Shown here: one piece after another, positions 20,550 to 30,842 of the stretch | How positions within the stretch are numbered: position 1 is the stretch's first letter | Layout of the letters: the number at the start of each line of letters is the position of its first letter | NCBI GenBank assembly: GCA_949297785.1 | Contig: CASFTW010000012.1 | Location: forward strand, 50-64,049 | Source: an uncultured Spirochaetales bacterium | Lineage (GTDB): Bacteria > Spirochaetota > Spirochaetia > Sphaerochaetales > Sphaerochaetaceae | DNA: 64,000 bases | Direction of reading: 5' to 3' | Program-made: the position numbers and the translations under genes | The notes under the pieces: model-generated | What the model was told of the DNA's origin: nothing | What the model saw: only the letters and a program-made list of their open reading frames with translations | The model's database searches: none

Positions 20550-20999
20550 ATGAATGACATGAATTCAGCTTTGATTGAAGGAACCGTGGTGGCATCTCCC
20601 GCGGTTAAGGCGAAAAGTTCTGTCTCTGGAAGCAGTCTTGTAATGTTCAGGATTGCATCAAACAGGTATTACAAAGACAGAAAGAGCGAAGAAGGTAAAT
20701 GGCTGGCGGATACATTGTATCTGGATATTGCCTGCTGGGGATCGCTTGGAGACTTCTGTCTTGAATCGATCGCCAAGGGGCAGACGGTGAGGGTTGTGGG
20801 CAGAATAAAGAATTCTACATACAAATCTTCCGACGGAAGCCGTGAGTATTCCAGATTCAGCATTCTTGCCCAGCACATAACATTCAGACAGAGGAAGCAG
20901 AGCGGGGAATGCGAGGGGGAGGAAGAGATCACTCTCAATGCCGGCAGCGAGGAGAACTCCGCCCTCCTAGCCGAACCTATTGTTGTGTACGAATATTAA
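20550..20999 (+). CDS. Single-stranded DNA-binding protein paralogue
   Basis: MNDMNSALIEG, FRIASNRYYK, LDIACWG, KGQTVRVVGR OB fold; SD GGAGG 8 nt upstream; no DDDIPF-type tail. Confidence 0.8.
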   Translation: MNDMNSALIEGTVVASPAVKAKSSVSGSSLVMFRIASNRYYKDRKSEEGKWLADTLYLDIACWGSLGDFCLESIAKGQTVRVVGRIKNSTYKSSDGSREYSRFSILAQHITFRQRKQSGECEGEEEITLNAGSEENSALLAEPIVVYEY

Positions 21000-21134
21000 T
21001 TCCTATAACGGTATGATAATTTATTTTTGAAATATGAAGTGCAGGTCTGCATCAGACTCTGCCCTTCATTTTGCCTCTATTCTTGTGTGCCGGCTTTCTC
21101 CTGCATTATATTTAAAGCATCAGGAGGATGGATT

Positions 21135-21452
21135 ATGGAAAACATCAAGGCTCAGGATTTTGATAGCCGGATCAGGGAAAAGGAATACTGTGTCCTTTTC
21201 TTCTATTCACCTATGAATGTGAACTGCGTTCTTGCCGAAAATGCCCTTTCCTGTCTTGAAGACGGGTACAGTGAAAACACGTCTTTCTTCAAAAGCGACA
21301 TAAGTGAGGATGTGGCTCTGGCTCAGAAGTTCTCAGTGTTTTCAGTGCCCAGAGTATGTCTTTTTCACAACGGCTCGCCTGAGGATGCACTTACCGGCGC
21401 GGTGTCGCACAGTGTGATGAAAGCCTTCCTTGACAGGACGATCGCTCATTGA
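21135..21452 (+). CDS. Thioredoxin-fold protein without CxxC
   Basis: VLFFYSP…, FFKSDISEDVALAQKFSVFSVP (cis-Pro region), LTGAVS; SD AGGAGG. Confidence 0.75.
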   Translation: MENIKAQDFDSRIREKEYCVLFFYSPMNVNCVLAENALSCLEDGYSENTSFFKSDISEDVALAQKFSVFSVPRVCLFHNGSPEDALTGAVSHSVMKAFLDRTIAH

Positions 21453-22402
21453 GGCACATATTCTCCGCTTGTGTTCGGATAGCCGAAAGTCTCGCCGCGT
21501 GTGGTGCAGATGTAAAAGTCCGCTTTCGTGTTCGTGTCATGGCTGCCGAGCTTCCTGCACACGCTTCGTGTCGATGTCGCGTTTTTCGAGTTGAATGCAT
21601 CCGAAAGCCATGCGAATTCGTTTCTCAGCTGGTTGTAGCTTGCCTCCACCTGCCTGCTGCCGAAACCTGAGTATGATGTGGTCTCTCCGTTGGTATATAC
21701 AAAAGCATCAAGTATCTCGCCGTTGCCGGATGCCGTGTCATACAGCACGAATACACCGTTGTTGGATGCAAGCGTCTCGCTTGAGTGCGCATACAGGTTT
21801 ATGATTCTGCTGCCGTCTTCGTTCACTTTAATTTCATCTTCCCCCTCAGCATCCCAGAATATTACAATGTAGTCTCCGACTTTCACGTCGATGGAAGGAA
21901 GAATGTATGAGTAGTTCTCATATCCTTTCGTTCCGTCCATCACGCATAAACCTTCCGTGTTGCCTTTTGTGTGCACTTCCAGTTCGATTCTGTCCGGCTG
22001 TGTTTCCGTTCCCCGCGAGGAGAATTCATTTATGTAAAGCTCGGGAACTTCCTCATTACGCCCGCAGACTTTCATCCGTACGGCGGTGCTGTTGTAAGCC
22101 TTGTCGCTCACACGTATGAAAAGATCACACGGCTCACTTACACTGAGCTTCTCATGGCAGGTGATCAGGACTGTCGAAGGATCCTCCATGTGCCAGGATG
22201 GCACACTGCCGTTTAACTTTACTTCATTCACTCTGATTTCCTCGCTGAATGAGATCCTTATCCTGTCACGGCTGAGAACGTCGCAGCGTGTCATGACGGG
22301 GATGATCCTGTCCCCTGATACAAATGAATTGACTATGTTGCCTATCTCAGGCATCGAACATGATGAGAGCAGAAATGTCAGTAAAAGCAAAAATATCTTC
22401 AT
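21446..22402 (-). CDS. Lipoprotein with lamin-tail-like domain
   Basis: Lipobox LLSSC at residue 15; LYINEF…DRIEL and LP..DVKVGDYIVI are typical of LTD folds. Confidence 0.65.
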   Translation of the reverse strand: MKIFLLLLTFLLSSCSMPEIGNIVNSFVSGDRIIPVMTRCDVLSRDRIRISFSEEIRVNEVKLNGSVPSWHMEDPSTVLITCHEKLSVSEPCDLFIRVSDKAYNSTAVRMKVCGRNEEVPELYINEFSSRGTETQPDRIELEVHTKGNTEGLCVMDGTKGYENYSYILPSIDVKVGDYIVIFWDAEGEDEIKVNEDGSRIINLYAHSSETLASNNGVFVLYDTASGNGEILDAFVYTNGETTSYSGFGSRQVEASYNQLRNEFAWLSDAFNSKNATSTRSVCRKLGSHDTNTKADFYICTTRGETFGYPNTSGEYVPQ

Positions 22403-22489
22403 GACACTATATACAAAATCAGTCCCGCTTTTGACTAACAGGATATGATTCTGCTATTGTCCTGAATTAAGGAAGGAGGCGTGACTCAT

Positions 22490-23860
22490 ATGGCCAGATT
22501 GTGGCAGAAAAACTACTCTCTTGATTCTCTCATGCAGAGTTTCACGGTCAGGAACGATTATATTCTCGACAGGGATCTCGTGCTCAGCGATGCAGTGTCA
22601 TCGTGCGCCCATGCAATGGGGCTTGAGAAGATCGGAATACTGAGGGAAAGCGAGACGGCTTTGCTCAGGAAGGGCCTTGAGGAAATTGCCTGCCTTCAGA
22701 TGGAAGGCCGTTTTGAGATAAAGGCGGAAGATGAGGACTGCCATACCGCCATAGAAGGATACCTCACGTCATGCTGCGGGGAAGTGGGAAAGAAGATCCA
22801 TACCGGACGCAGCCGCAATGACCAGGTGGAGACGGCGCTCAGGGTGTATATGAGGGAAGGTGTGCTGAAAATCGGAGAGGAAGCCTGTGCTTTCGCACTT
22901 GAGCTCCTCTCAAGTGCCAGAAAGCATGAGATGGTCCCGATGCCGGGGCGTACACACACGCAGCTTGCGATGCCTTCTTCCCTCGGCCTGTGGTTCTCCT
23001 CCTTTGCCTCGGAGATCATGGATGAAGCCTCACATCTTCTTGATGTCTGCCGTCTCATAGACCAGTGCCCTCTCGGTTCTGCAGCCTCATACGGTGTTCC
23101 GCTTCCGCTTGACAGAGAGTACACTTCATCCCTTCTCGGCTTTGAAAGAGTTCAGAAGAACGTGCTATATGCCGCCAACAGCAGGGGAAAGTTCGAGGCG
23201 CTCGTGCTTGATGCCTGCGAGTACCTGACAGGCACGGCATGCAAGATGGCTCAGGATCTTATCCTTTTCACTCTTCCCGAGCTGGGCTATTTCTCCCTGC
23301 CTAAGGAACTGACCACAGGAAGCTCGATAATGCCGCAGAAGAAGAATCCCGACGGGCTTGAGCTTGTGCGTTCCCGCTCCTGCATGGTTTCATCCGCCTC
23401 TTCGCTTGTCAAGAACATCACCCGTCCTCTTGTGAGCGGCTACAACCGCGATTTTCAGGACACGAAGGAACCTCTGATGACGGGTCTGAAGACTTCATTT
23501 GAGATTATTGCGATCATGGCAAGGATGGTTGAGGGGCTTGAAGTCCATGAAGACAGGCTCAGGGAAGGTATGAGAAATGAAATCTTCGCGACGGATAAAG
23601 TCTTTGACAAGGTTCTTGCAGGCGGAAATTTCCGCGACAGCTACAGGAATGTGGGGCTGAACCTTGAGGATGTTGAGAAGATAGACGTTGATGCCGCACT
23701 TGGAAAGAGGACAAGCCTGGGGGCACCGGGCAATCTGCGTCTTGATGAGGATTTCATCAGGGCAGACGAGCTGAAATCACAGTTCTCCCGGAGGCTTGAA
23801 AGCCTTTCATCCGTTTATGAAAACCTCATCCCTTCTGTAAATTCAGTTCTCTCCTGGTGA
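22490..23860 (+). CDS. argH: Argininosuccinate lyase
   Basis: EDCHTAIE, HTGRSRNDQV, PGRTHTQLA, TGSSIMPQKKNPD, GYNRDFQ; SD AAGGAGG favours ATG 22490. Confidence 0.95.
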   Translation: MARLWQKNYSLDSLMQSFTVRNDYILDRDLVLSDAVSSCAHAMGLEKIGILRESETALLRKGLEEIACLQMEGRFEIKAEDEDCHTAIEGYLTSCCGEVGKKIHTGRSRNDQVETALRVYMREGVLKIGEEACAFALELLSSARKHEMVPMPGRTHTQLAMPSSLGLWFSSFASEIMDEASHLLDVCRLIDQCPLGSAASYGVPLPLDREYTSSLLGFERVQKNVLYAANSRGKFEALVLDACEYLTGTACKMAQDLILFTLPELGYFSLPKELTTGSSIMPQKKNPDGLELVRSRSCMVSSASSLVKNITRPLVSGYNRDFQDTKEPLMTGLKTSFEIIAIMARMVEGLEVHEDRLREGMRNEIFATDKVFDKVLAGGNFRDSYRNVGLNLEDVEKIDVDAALGKRTSLGAPGNLRLDEDFIRADELKSQFSRRLESLSSVYENLIPSVNSVLSW

Positions 23861-23923
23861 ATTTTCCTTTTTGATATTCCCTTCGGTTGAACAAATACAT
23901 TCAGACCGGTAATATCTAAAGCT

Positions 23924-25213
23924 ATGAGCATCATCAAACCGCATAAGCTGGGTGTTATTGCCGGCCCCGGCAGTGAGTATTTTACCGGCAAGGTTGTCAA
24001 GCACTTGAGAAGGCTTTACATAGACCGCTATGAGAAGGTCTCCAAGGCGTTATCGAAAAGACATTCAATAAGCGAGGAGGAACTTCTTGAGAAGGTGACA
24101 TTGCTGGATGATCTGGACAGCAAGAAGATCCCCACAGGAAAGCTTCCAAGCGCATTCTACTGCCCGGATGTCACTATAAATGTGAAGTATACGAGATTCG
24201 CCAACGGAGAAGAGAAGGCCGAGCTGATCGATCCTGTAAGAGGACTTAACGTATACATCATCCATGATGTGTCCAATTCGGCTCCGATCAAAGTCGCAGG
24301 ACTTGATGAACCCCAGCCGATTTCCGTAAACGATCATCTGATGTTCCTTTTCACGACAATTGACGCCGTGAAGCTTGCGGGAGCCGCATCGATCACTCTT
24401 GTGCTCCCGACATATCCTTATGCACGCCAGCACAAGAAAGGCGGAAGGGAAGCCCTCACTGCAAGTATGTTCGCCCGCTTCTGCGAAGGGCTCGGAGTTG
24501 AGAGAATCATAACGCTGGATATCCACTCGAGGGAAATCGAGAACGCATTCTCAACCTGTCATCTTGAAAACCTGCACGGTTCATACCAGACACTGATCGC
24601 CCTGAGGAAGGTCATTGACCTTTCCGATCCGGATCTTGTGGTCGTTTCTCCCGATACCGGAGCAGTAAGCCGCAACAAGTTCTATGCGCAGGGCCTTCAC
24701 AGACCTCTTGCCATGCTGTACAAGGAAAGAGACTACTCAATCGTCAGCAAGGATGCCAAGAACAGCAACATCAAGAGCATCAACCTGCTTGGCGACGTAA
24801 GAGGCAAAACCGTACTGATGGCCGACGACATGATCGCAACCGGCGGCACCATGATCATCGCCATGAGGGAGCTTATGAACCTCGGTGCGAAGAAGATCAT
24901 CTGCATGGTGTCCCTTCCGTTCTTCAACGGAAATGCCGTCGAGAATTTCGACGCGGCATACAGGGAAGGTGTTTTCTACAGGATAATCGGCACAAATGCC
25001 GTTTATCAGGGCCGCCATCTGCTTGAGAAGGAATGGTTCATACAGGCTGATGTGACCGAGCTTTTCGCACGGGTAATATCGCGCCTGCATCACGGCCGCT
25101 CGATTTCACCGCTTCTTGACAACCGCAAGTTCATCCAGAAGCTTATCGATGACACACAGGCAAAGAAAGCCGGAGAGGAGAATATGTTCGCGGAAGAGGA
25201 CAGCCCCCTCTGA
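23924..25213 (+). CDS. prs: Ribose-phosphate pyrophosphokinase
   Basis: FANGE, YPYARQ, TLDIHS, SPDTGA, DDMIATGGT. Confidence 0.94.
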   Translation: MSIIKPHKLGVIAGPGSEYFTGKVVKHLRRLYIDRYEKVSKALSKRHSISEEELLEKVTLLDDLDSKKIPTGKLPSAFYCPDVTINVKYTRFANGEEKAELIDPVRGLNVYIIHDVSNSAPIKVAGLDEPQPISVNDHLMFLFTTIDAVKLAGAASITLVLPTYPYARQHKKGGREALTASMFARFCEGLGVERIITLDIHSREIENAFSTCHLENLHGSYQTLIALRKVIDLSDPDLVVVSPDTGAVSRNKFYAQGLHRPLAMLYKERDYSIVSKDAKNSNIKSINLLGDVRGKTVLMADDMIATGGTMIIAMRELMNLGAKKIICMVSLPFFNGNAVENFDAAYREGVFYRIIGTNAVYQGRHLLEKEWFIQADVTELFARVISRLHHGRSISPLLDNRKFIQKLIDDTQAKKAGEENMFAEEDSPL

Positions 25214-25232
25214 TAAATCTTTTATTCTCAGG

Positions 25233-25256
25233 AAAGGGGGCACGGGCCCCCTTTTT
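25233..25256 (+). terminator. Intrinsic terminator-like hairpin after prs
   Basis: AAAGGGGGC-ACGG-GCCCCCTTT followed by TT. Confidence 0.75.
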
Positions 25257-25275
25257 AGTGTGAAGGAGAAGCATT

Positions 25276-26487
25276 ATGCAAATGTCCATGAGAATCTCGT
25301 CGTTCCAGGCATCGCCGATCAGAAGGCTTGTTCCGTATTCGAGGGATGCCGAGAAGAGAGGTATACATGTAATCCATCTCAATATCGGGCAGCCGGACAT
25401 CAAGACACCTGCTGAAGCTATTGAGGCCGTGCATTCATATAACGAGCCTTACATCGCATACGGTGTGTCGGAAGGCGAGCTGGAGCTGCGTCAGGGGCTG
25501 TGCGAGTACTATAAAAAATACAATGCCGAAGTGTCTCCCGACGAGATCATGATCACAACCGGGGGGTCCGAGGCCCTGCAGTTTGTATTCATGACACTCT
25601 GTGATCCGTATGATGAAGTCATAATCCCCGAGCCTTTCTATACCAATGTCTCGACATTTGCCGCGACCGCAATGGTGAATCTCGTTCCTGTAACAAGCCA
25701 GATAGATGATGCCTTCATCCTGCCGTCCATCGCCGATTTCGAGGCCAGAATCACGAAGAAGACGATGGCGATCCTGCTCTGTTCACCGAACAATCCGACA
25801 GGACATGTCTACTCAAGGGATGAGCTCAAGGCTCTGCTTGAACTGTGCCGCAAATACGATATTTTCCTGATCGTGGATGAGGTGTACAGGGAATTCTGCT
25901 ATGACGGGGAGGCTTTCACAAGCGTGCTCACATTCCCTGAGTACAGCGAGAGGATAATCTGCATCGACAGCTTCTCAAAGCGTTTTTCCATGTGCGGTGC
26001 CCGTATAGGTGCCATTGTAAGCCGCAATAAGGATGTCCTTTCATCTGCAATGAAGCTCGCCCAGGCACGTCTCTGTCCTCCGGCTATCGAGCAGGTCGCA
26101 GCAGCCGCTGCGCTCCGTGCTCCCGAAAGCTATATCGAGGCTGTAAAGGCGGAGTATGAGAGGAGAAGGAATCTTCTTGTTTCGGGAATCCAGGAAATCC
26201 CGGGCTGCAAGGTTAGCCGTCCGAAGGGGGCTTTCTATTTTGTTGTCGATTTCCCGATAGACGATGCCGAGAAGTTCGCCATCTTCATGCTCAGGGATTT
26301 CAGCTGGGAAGGCAGCACTGTCATGTTCGCACCTGCGGAAGATTTCTATGTTACAAAACATCTGGGCCGCACTCAGGCCCGTATTGCATATGTCCTGAAC
26401 GAGGATGAGCTCCGTCTGGCAGTCAGATGCCTTGCGGAAGGACTCAAGGCATACAGGAAAAAGTATTGCCTGGATGCCCGTGTGTAA
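25276..26487 (+). CDS. PLP-dependent aminotransferase class I/II (aspartate aminotransferase-like)
   Basis: HLNIGQPD, ITTGGSEA, SPNNPTG, DEVY, DSFSKRFSMCGARIG. Confidence 0.93.
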   Translation: MQMSMRISSFQASPIRRLVPYSRDAEKRGIHVIHLNIGQPDIKTPAEAIEAVHSYNEPYIAYGVSEGELELRQGLCEYYKKYNAEVSPDEIMITTGGSEALQFVFMTLCDPYDEVIIPEPFYTNVSTFAATAMVNLVPVTSQIDDAFILPSIADFEARITKKTMAILLCSPNNPTGHVYSRDELKALLELCRKYDIFLIVDEVYREFCYDGEAFTSVLTFPEYSERIICIDSFSKRFSMCGARIGAIVSRNKDVLSSAMKLAQARLCPPAIEQVAAAAALRAPESYIEAVKAEYERRRNLLVSGIQEIPGCKVSRPKGAFYFVVDFPIDDAEKFAIFMLRDFSWEGSTVMFAPAEDFYVTKHLGRTQARIAYVLNEDELRLAVRCLAEGLKAYRKKYCLDARV

Positions 26488-26517
26488 CAGATAATTGCAG
26501 CATAGGGGAAAGAGAAA

Positions 26518-29442
26518 GTGAGTGTTTTTTCTAATGACGAGAATGTATTGCAGATCCGGCTTGAGAAGGCCAGACGCAATTATCAGGATGCTCTGGTGTT
26601 CCTTGAGAATGACTACCGCTCGATTGCCCAGATCATGCATTCATACTATCCTCTTGCAGTGCTTTCCAAAGCCGCGTGGCACTGTTATCAGGTGTATACC
26701 GGAGGAAAGACGGATGAGTATTCACTCTCTGCGGCAAGGCTTTTCCCCGTACTGCTCCAGTCGGTCTACCAGAGCAGATACTACACGAACAGCGACGGCT
26801 TTTCCTCCCTGCAGGAAATCAGGCAGAAAGACTGGGATCGCCTGAAAAGCCTTGTGGATGATGCCGCAAGACGACTTGTCAGGGCAATTGAGAATCTTTC
26901 CGTCATAGCATACAGGGAAGGCAAGATATCCCGCGAGAGTTTTCCTTATTACCGCGACAGCCTTTATTATCAGGCATTCGGTTATCCTATCGGCAGGGAT
27001 GACTACACTTCAAGTCTCTCTCTCTTCAATGCAATCTTCACCGGAGACGAGGAAATGGTCTCTTCCGTCTTCCATATGGATTCATCTTTCTTCGTAAAGG
27101 AACTTGAGAAGATCAGCGATGCTGCCCTGAACGGCATTGACAATCTAGTAAGCGAGACAAAGAGAATAAATGCCGAGATACGGGAAAAGGTCGAAGAGAA
27201 AAAGAAGGAAAAGCCGGATCTCACTGACAGGCAGGCATCTGAGCTCGTGCTCATGGGCTCTGCATACAGGGAAAAGCTTGAGGAGCTGAGACATAAAGGA
27301 GACAGTTATGACCTGTTTTCCGTTGAAATGAACAGTCTTCTTTCAAGCGAGACGTGCAAGCTGTTCAGCAGAAATGCCGGTGAATGTCCTTCCGTTGTGA
27401 TTGACGGCTTCATGGCCTCCCTCATGTATCCGTTCATACGTTTTGCAGACCGTTTCTACTGTTTCACAGGACAGTCTTTCTATACGAACATCGCCCACAG
27501 TATCAGGCGCATACTGAGTGAAAACGGGGCGAAGACCGGTTTCGGCGAGAAGCTTCAGAAAATTTTCACTTTCCTCATAAGCAATCTTTTCTTTGAAGGC
27601 GATGTTGAGGATGAATACACGTTCCGCGGCTACAAGGTTGATGTGGTGCTTCTCACTTCCATCCGCTATATAAACGCCTACAGCTATCCTGAAGTATATG
27701 AAACGCGCATCCAGCGCCGTTTCGAGGAACTTAAGCGCAAACCGAAGCATGGACATATTCAGCTGATGATAGACACGGACAGTTTCTCTCCTCTGGTTAA
27801 AAAGAGTGAAGGCTGCTACAGCATTTCACTCTCGGCACTTGCCTCCATTGTTGGGGATGATGCGAAGACAGGTGCGTTCTATGATGAGCTTTTCCCCTCC
27901 GAGAAGAGCGAGCCGCCTGAAAGCGAGGAAGTGTTTGAAACCGTTCTTTCCGACGATGAGCTTGAGGAGCCTTCATCTTATGACTTTGATTACAGCGCGG
28001 ATGATGTTCCTGCCCAGGTGCTCCTTGATGATGAAAGCGAATTCGACAGAACGGATGATGATGAGAAGGCCCGCATGATAGAATCGCGCTTTGATGCGGA
28101 AGACCGTCTGCCTGATGACATCCCTGTCAGAAACAATGATATTTCCCGGATGCTGGATTCATATGAACTTCCGGACAGCCTCAGGAATGAGGAGATAAAG
28201 GAAGAGCTTTCCGTACTTGACAGTGACGACTTCTCTGCAGGAGATGAAGGAGAGCTGCTGGATGACGAGCCGGATGAGACGCTTGGCATCATTGATGAAG
28301 ATGAGATTGAGGATGACGAGAATGACGACCTCTTCGTCGATGATGAGAAAGCTGAAGATGAAACCGGACTTGATCCGGATGAGGAGTATGAGGATGAGAT
28401 TACGCAGACCGATTATTTCTATCAGGCACCGTCAAAAAATGAAAGCTCTGGCGAGGGGGATGAAATAACGGATGACGGACAGCTTTCCCTCTTTGACGAT
28501 GATGATTCCTCTGCTGCTGCCATAGTTGAGGCAAGCGAGGAAGAAGAAGCTGATGATGAGGATGTCAGCACACCTCTTCCTCCTGCGGATGATGATGAGC
28601 CGGATGGCTTTGATCCCGCCTGTGCTGAAGCCGAAGAGGAAAAGCTTGCAAGTGGCAGAAGCGAAGAAAGCCTTGAGGCTGAAAGCGAGGAAGAAGAACT
28701 TGCAAGTGAGATCCCGGATGTGGAAGATGATGAGCCTCTTGATGATGAGGGAGAGGATTTTCTTGATGAGGATGAATCGGATACCGGGGAAGAGATAGAA
28801 GAAGCGGACAAGGTGAGTGAGGTGAAATATGATGAGGAGTGTGACTCCTCGTCCGGCGATGTCATCGTTGAAACATCCCCGTCCTACAGTCCCGAGACAG
28901 ATTTCAGCGAGAAAGAGAACACAAGTGCGCCGCACCTTGAATACGGCAAGGATGATGATGCCATGGAAAGCGAGGCTGCGGAGAAGAATGTGAAGCTGAA
29001 AGCTGAAAGGGGGGATTATCCTCCTTTCATAAACGAAATTCTTGAGAAGCTTGAAGGAGAATGCGCTGCATTCACTTCATTCCTTTCCTCTGTCGACAGC
29101 ATGACACTTTCATCATTCTGCAATGCTCTTAATCAGACGATAAGCGCCGCAAAGACAGAAAGCCGCGATAAAATGATGGTCCTTCATTCTTTCTCCCTGT
29201 CTCTTGTCATCACCGGGTCCTCCCGCTTTGATGCCCTGCGCAGGATGGAGATAAGAAACAATGCCGGTGCCCAGATGTATGCGCGTTCACGCTCCGAGTG
29301 GACATTCATTCTTCTCTCCTATGACAGTGAGGACAGACTGCGTTTCGCATGGAGCGAGAAGATAACACAGGACTCATTCTCCCCGACAGACTGGAAGATA
29401 GTGCGCATTCAGGGAGAGGAGCTCAGGAAGGTGATTCGCTGA
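26518..29442 (+). CDS. Large hypothetical protein with ~350-aa Asp/Glu-rich central region
   Basis: 974-codon ORF with host-like codon usage, in line with flanking genes; globular-looking N- and C-terminal parts around a low-complexity acidic tract. Confidence 0.85.
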   Translation: MSVFSNDENVLQIRLEKARRNYQDALVFLENDYRSIAQIMHSYYPLAVLSKAAWHCYQVYTGGKTDEYSLSAARLFPVLLQSVYQSRYYTNSDGFSSLQEIRQKDWDRLKSLVDDAARRLVRAIENLSVIAYREGKISRESFPYYRDSLYYQAFGYPIGRDDYTSSLSLFNAIFTGDEEMVSSVFHMDSSFFVKELEKISDAALNGIDNLVSETKRINAEIREKVEEKKKEKPDLTDRQASELVLMGSAYREKLEELRHKGDSYDLFSVEMNSLLSSETCKLFSRNAGECPSVVIDGFMASLMYPFIRFADRFYCFTGQSFYTNIAHSIRRILSENGAKTGFGEKLQKIFTFLISNLFFEGDVEDEYTFRGYKVDVVLLTSIRYINAYSYPEVYETRIQRRFEELKRKPKHGHIQLMIDTDSFSPLVKKSEGCYSISLSALASIVGDDAKTGAFYDELFPSEKSEPPESEEVFETVLSDDELEEPSSYDFDYSADDVPAQVLLDDESEFDRTDDDEKARMIESRFDAEDRLPDDIPVRNNDISRMLDSYELPDSLRNEEIKEELSVLDSDDFSAGDEGELLDDEPDETLGIIDEDEIEDDENDDLFVDDEKAEDETGLDPDEEYEDEITQTDYFYQAPSKNESSGEGDEITDDGQLSLFDDDDSSAAAIVEASEEEEADDEDVSTPLPPADDDEPDGFDPACAEAEEEKLASGRSEESLEAESEEEELASEIPDVEDDEPLDDEGEDFLDEDESDTGEEIEEADKVSEVKYDEECDSSSGDVIVETSPSYSPETDFSEKENTSAPHLEYGKDDDAMESEAAEKNVKLKAERGDYPPFINEILEKLEGECAAFTSFLSSVDSMTLSSFCNALNQTISAAKTESRDKMMVLHSFSLSLVITGSSRFDALRRMEIRNNAGAQMYARSRSEWTFILLSYDSEDRLRFAWSEKITQDSFSPTDWKIVRIQGEELRKVIR

Positions 29443-30197
29443 TGGACAGAAAGGAGAGCCTCATCAGGATAATAAAGGAAGCTGCCGCCAGGCTTGAAAG
29501 CCTGTCCGGCGGACGTCATGACATAACATCAAAGGCGGAAAATGACTTTGTCACCGCCTGTGACCGGGAAATTGAGGAATTCATCAGGAATGAGATACAC
29601 AGAGAATTTCCTCAAGACGGGATCCTGGGAGAGGAATACGGAAGTGAAGTCTCTCATGACTCCTACCTGTGGATAGTTGACCCCATAGACGGTACCGTGA
29701 ACTTCATGAACACTTATCCCCAGTACACTATTTCAATTGCCCTGAAGAAGGGGGAGGAGATTCTTGCAGGAGCTGTTTTCAACCCTCCTTTCGGCGAGCT
29801 TTTCCACGCCTTCAGATCAGAGGGGGCATTTCTTAACGGAAAGAGAATAAAAGCTGAGGATGACCTTCCTCTCAACCGTACGCTCGCACTTGTGGTTCCT
29901 CCGCACCGGCGTCATGAGTATCTTGAAGATTTCTGGACTCAGGAGCGGAAAATCTATGATCTTGTGAGCGATACCCGTTCAATCGGATCGGCTGCGCTCA
30001 GTCTGTGCTATACGGCATGCGGACGCTGCTCGATGTACTATGAATGGTTTCTTCATATCTATGACATTGCTGCAGGACTTCTGATCGCACAGGAAGCCGG
30101 ATGTGTCCACGAGATGAGAAAGGAAGGCAATTTGTACCGCCTCTTCTCATACAGCCGGCACTATGAAAACGAAATAAAGGGAAAGATTGATTTATGA
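29442..30197 (+). CDS. Inositol monophosphatase family protein
   Basis: DFVTACD, GEE, WIVDPIDGTVNF, RSIGSAAL, YDIAAG; ATG overlaps the upstream TGA. Confidence 0.92.
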   Translation: MDRKESLIRIIKEAAARLESLSGGRHDITSKAENDFVTACDREIEEFIRNEIHREFPQDGILGEEYGSEVSHDSYLWIVDPIDGTVNFMNTYPQYTISIALKKGEEILAGAVFNPPFGELFHAFRSEGAFLNGKRIKAEDDLPLNRTLALVVPPHRRHEYLEDFWTQERKIYDLVSDTRSIGSAALSLCYTACGRCSMYYEWFLHIYDIAAGLLIAQEAGCVHEMRKEGNLYRLFSYSRHYENEIKGKIDL

Positions 30198-30832
30198 CGA
30201 AAGCCGTTCTGTTTGATCTTGACGGAACCCTCTTTGACACCAGCGAGGGAATATTCCACACTGCCAATTTCACTGTGGCAAAACTCGGTCTTGAGCCGTG
30301 TTATGATGAAAGACAGCTGAGAAAGTTTGTCGGTCCTCCTCTCAAAGACTGCTTCAGGATAGTTTACGGGTATACTGATGATGCTCTGCTTTCCCAATGC
30401 GTGCGTGTATACCGGGAGGAGTACCGCAAGACAGGCATGCACCTGTGTCACATGTATGACGGGCTTTATGAACTGATAACACAGCTGAGGGACAGGGGCA
30501 TAAAAACCGGTGTGTGCACTCTGAAGTACGAAAAGCTTGCCAAGCTCATTTTCGAGGAAAAGGGAATATCTTCGCTGCTTGATACGGTGCGCGGAACTGA
30601 TGAAGCGGGACAGGTCACAAAGGCCGAGTGCATAAGACGTGCTGTTTCCGATTTCGGCATTGAACCGCCACAGGCTCTTATGGTCGGTGACACAGTGAAC
30701 GATCTTAAAGGAGCCGAGGAGGCAGGTGTGCCTTTTCTCGGCGTTTCATGGGGCTTCGGGTTTGAAAAAGGAGAAACACTCCCATACGGCAGCCTGATAG
30801 ACAGACCGGAGGAAGTGCTGGAATATCTGTAA
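30194..30832 (+). CDS. HAD-superfamily hydrolase (phosphoglycolate phosphatase-like)
   Basis: FDLDGTL, FVGPPL, MVGDTVNDLKGA. Confidence 0.92.
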   Translation: MTKAVLFDLDGTLFDTSEGIFHTANFTVAKLGLEPCYDERQLRKFVGPPLKDCFRIVYGYTDDALLSQCVRVYREEYRKTGMHLCHMYDGLYELITQLRDRGIKTGVCTLKYEKLAKLIFEEKGISSLLDTVRGTDEAGQVTKAECIRRAVSDFGIEPPQALMVGDTVNDLKGAEEAGVPFLGVSWGFGFEKGETLPYGSLIDRPEEVLEYL

Positions 30833-30842
30833 GGCGGCAGTT

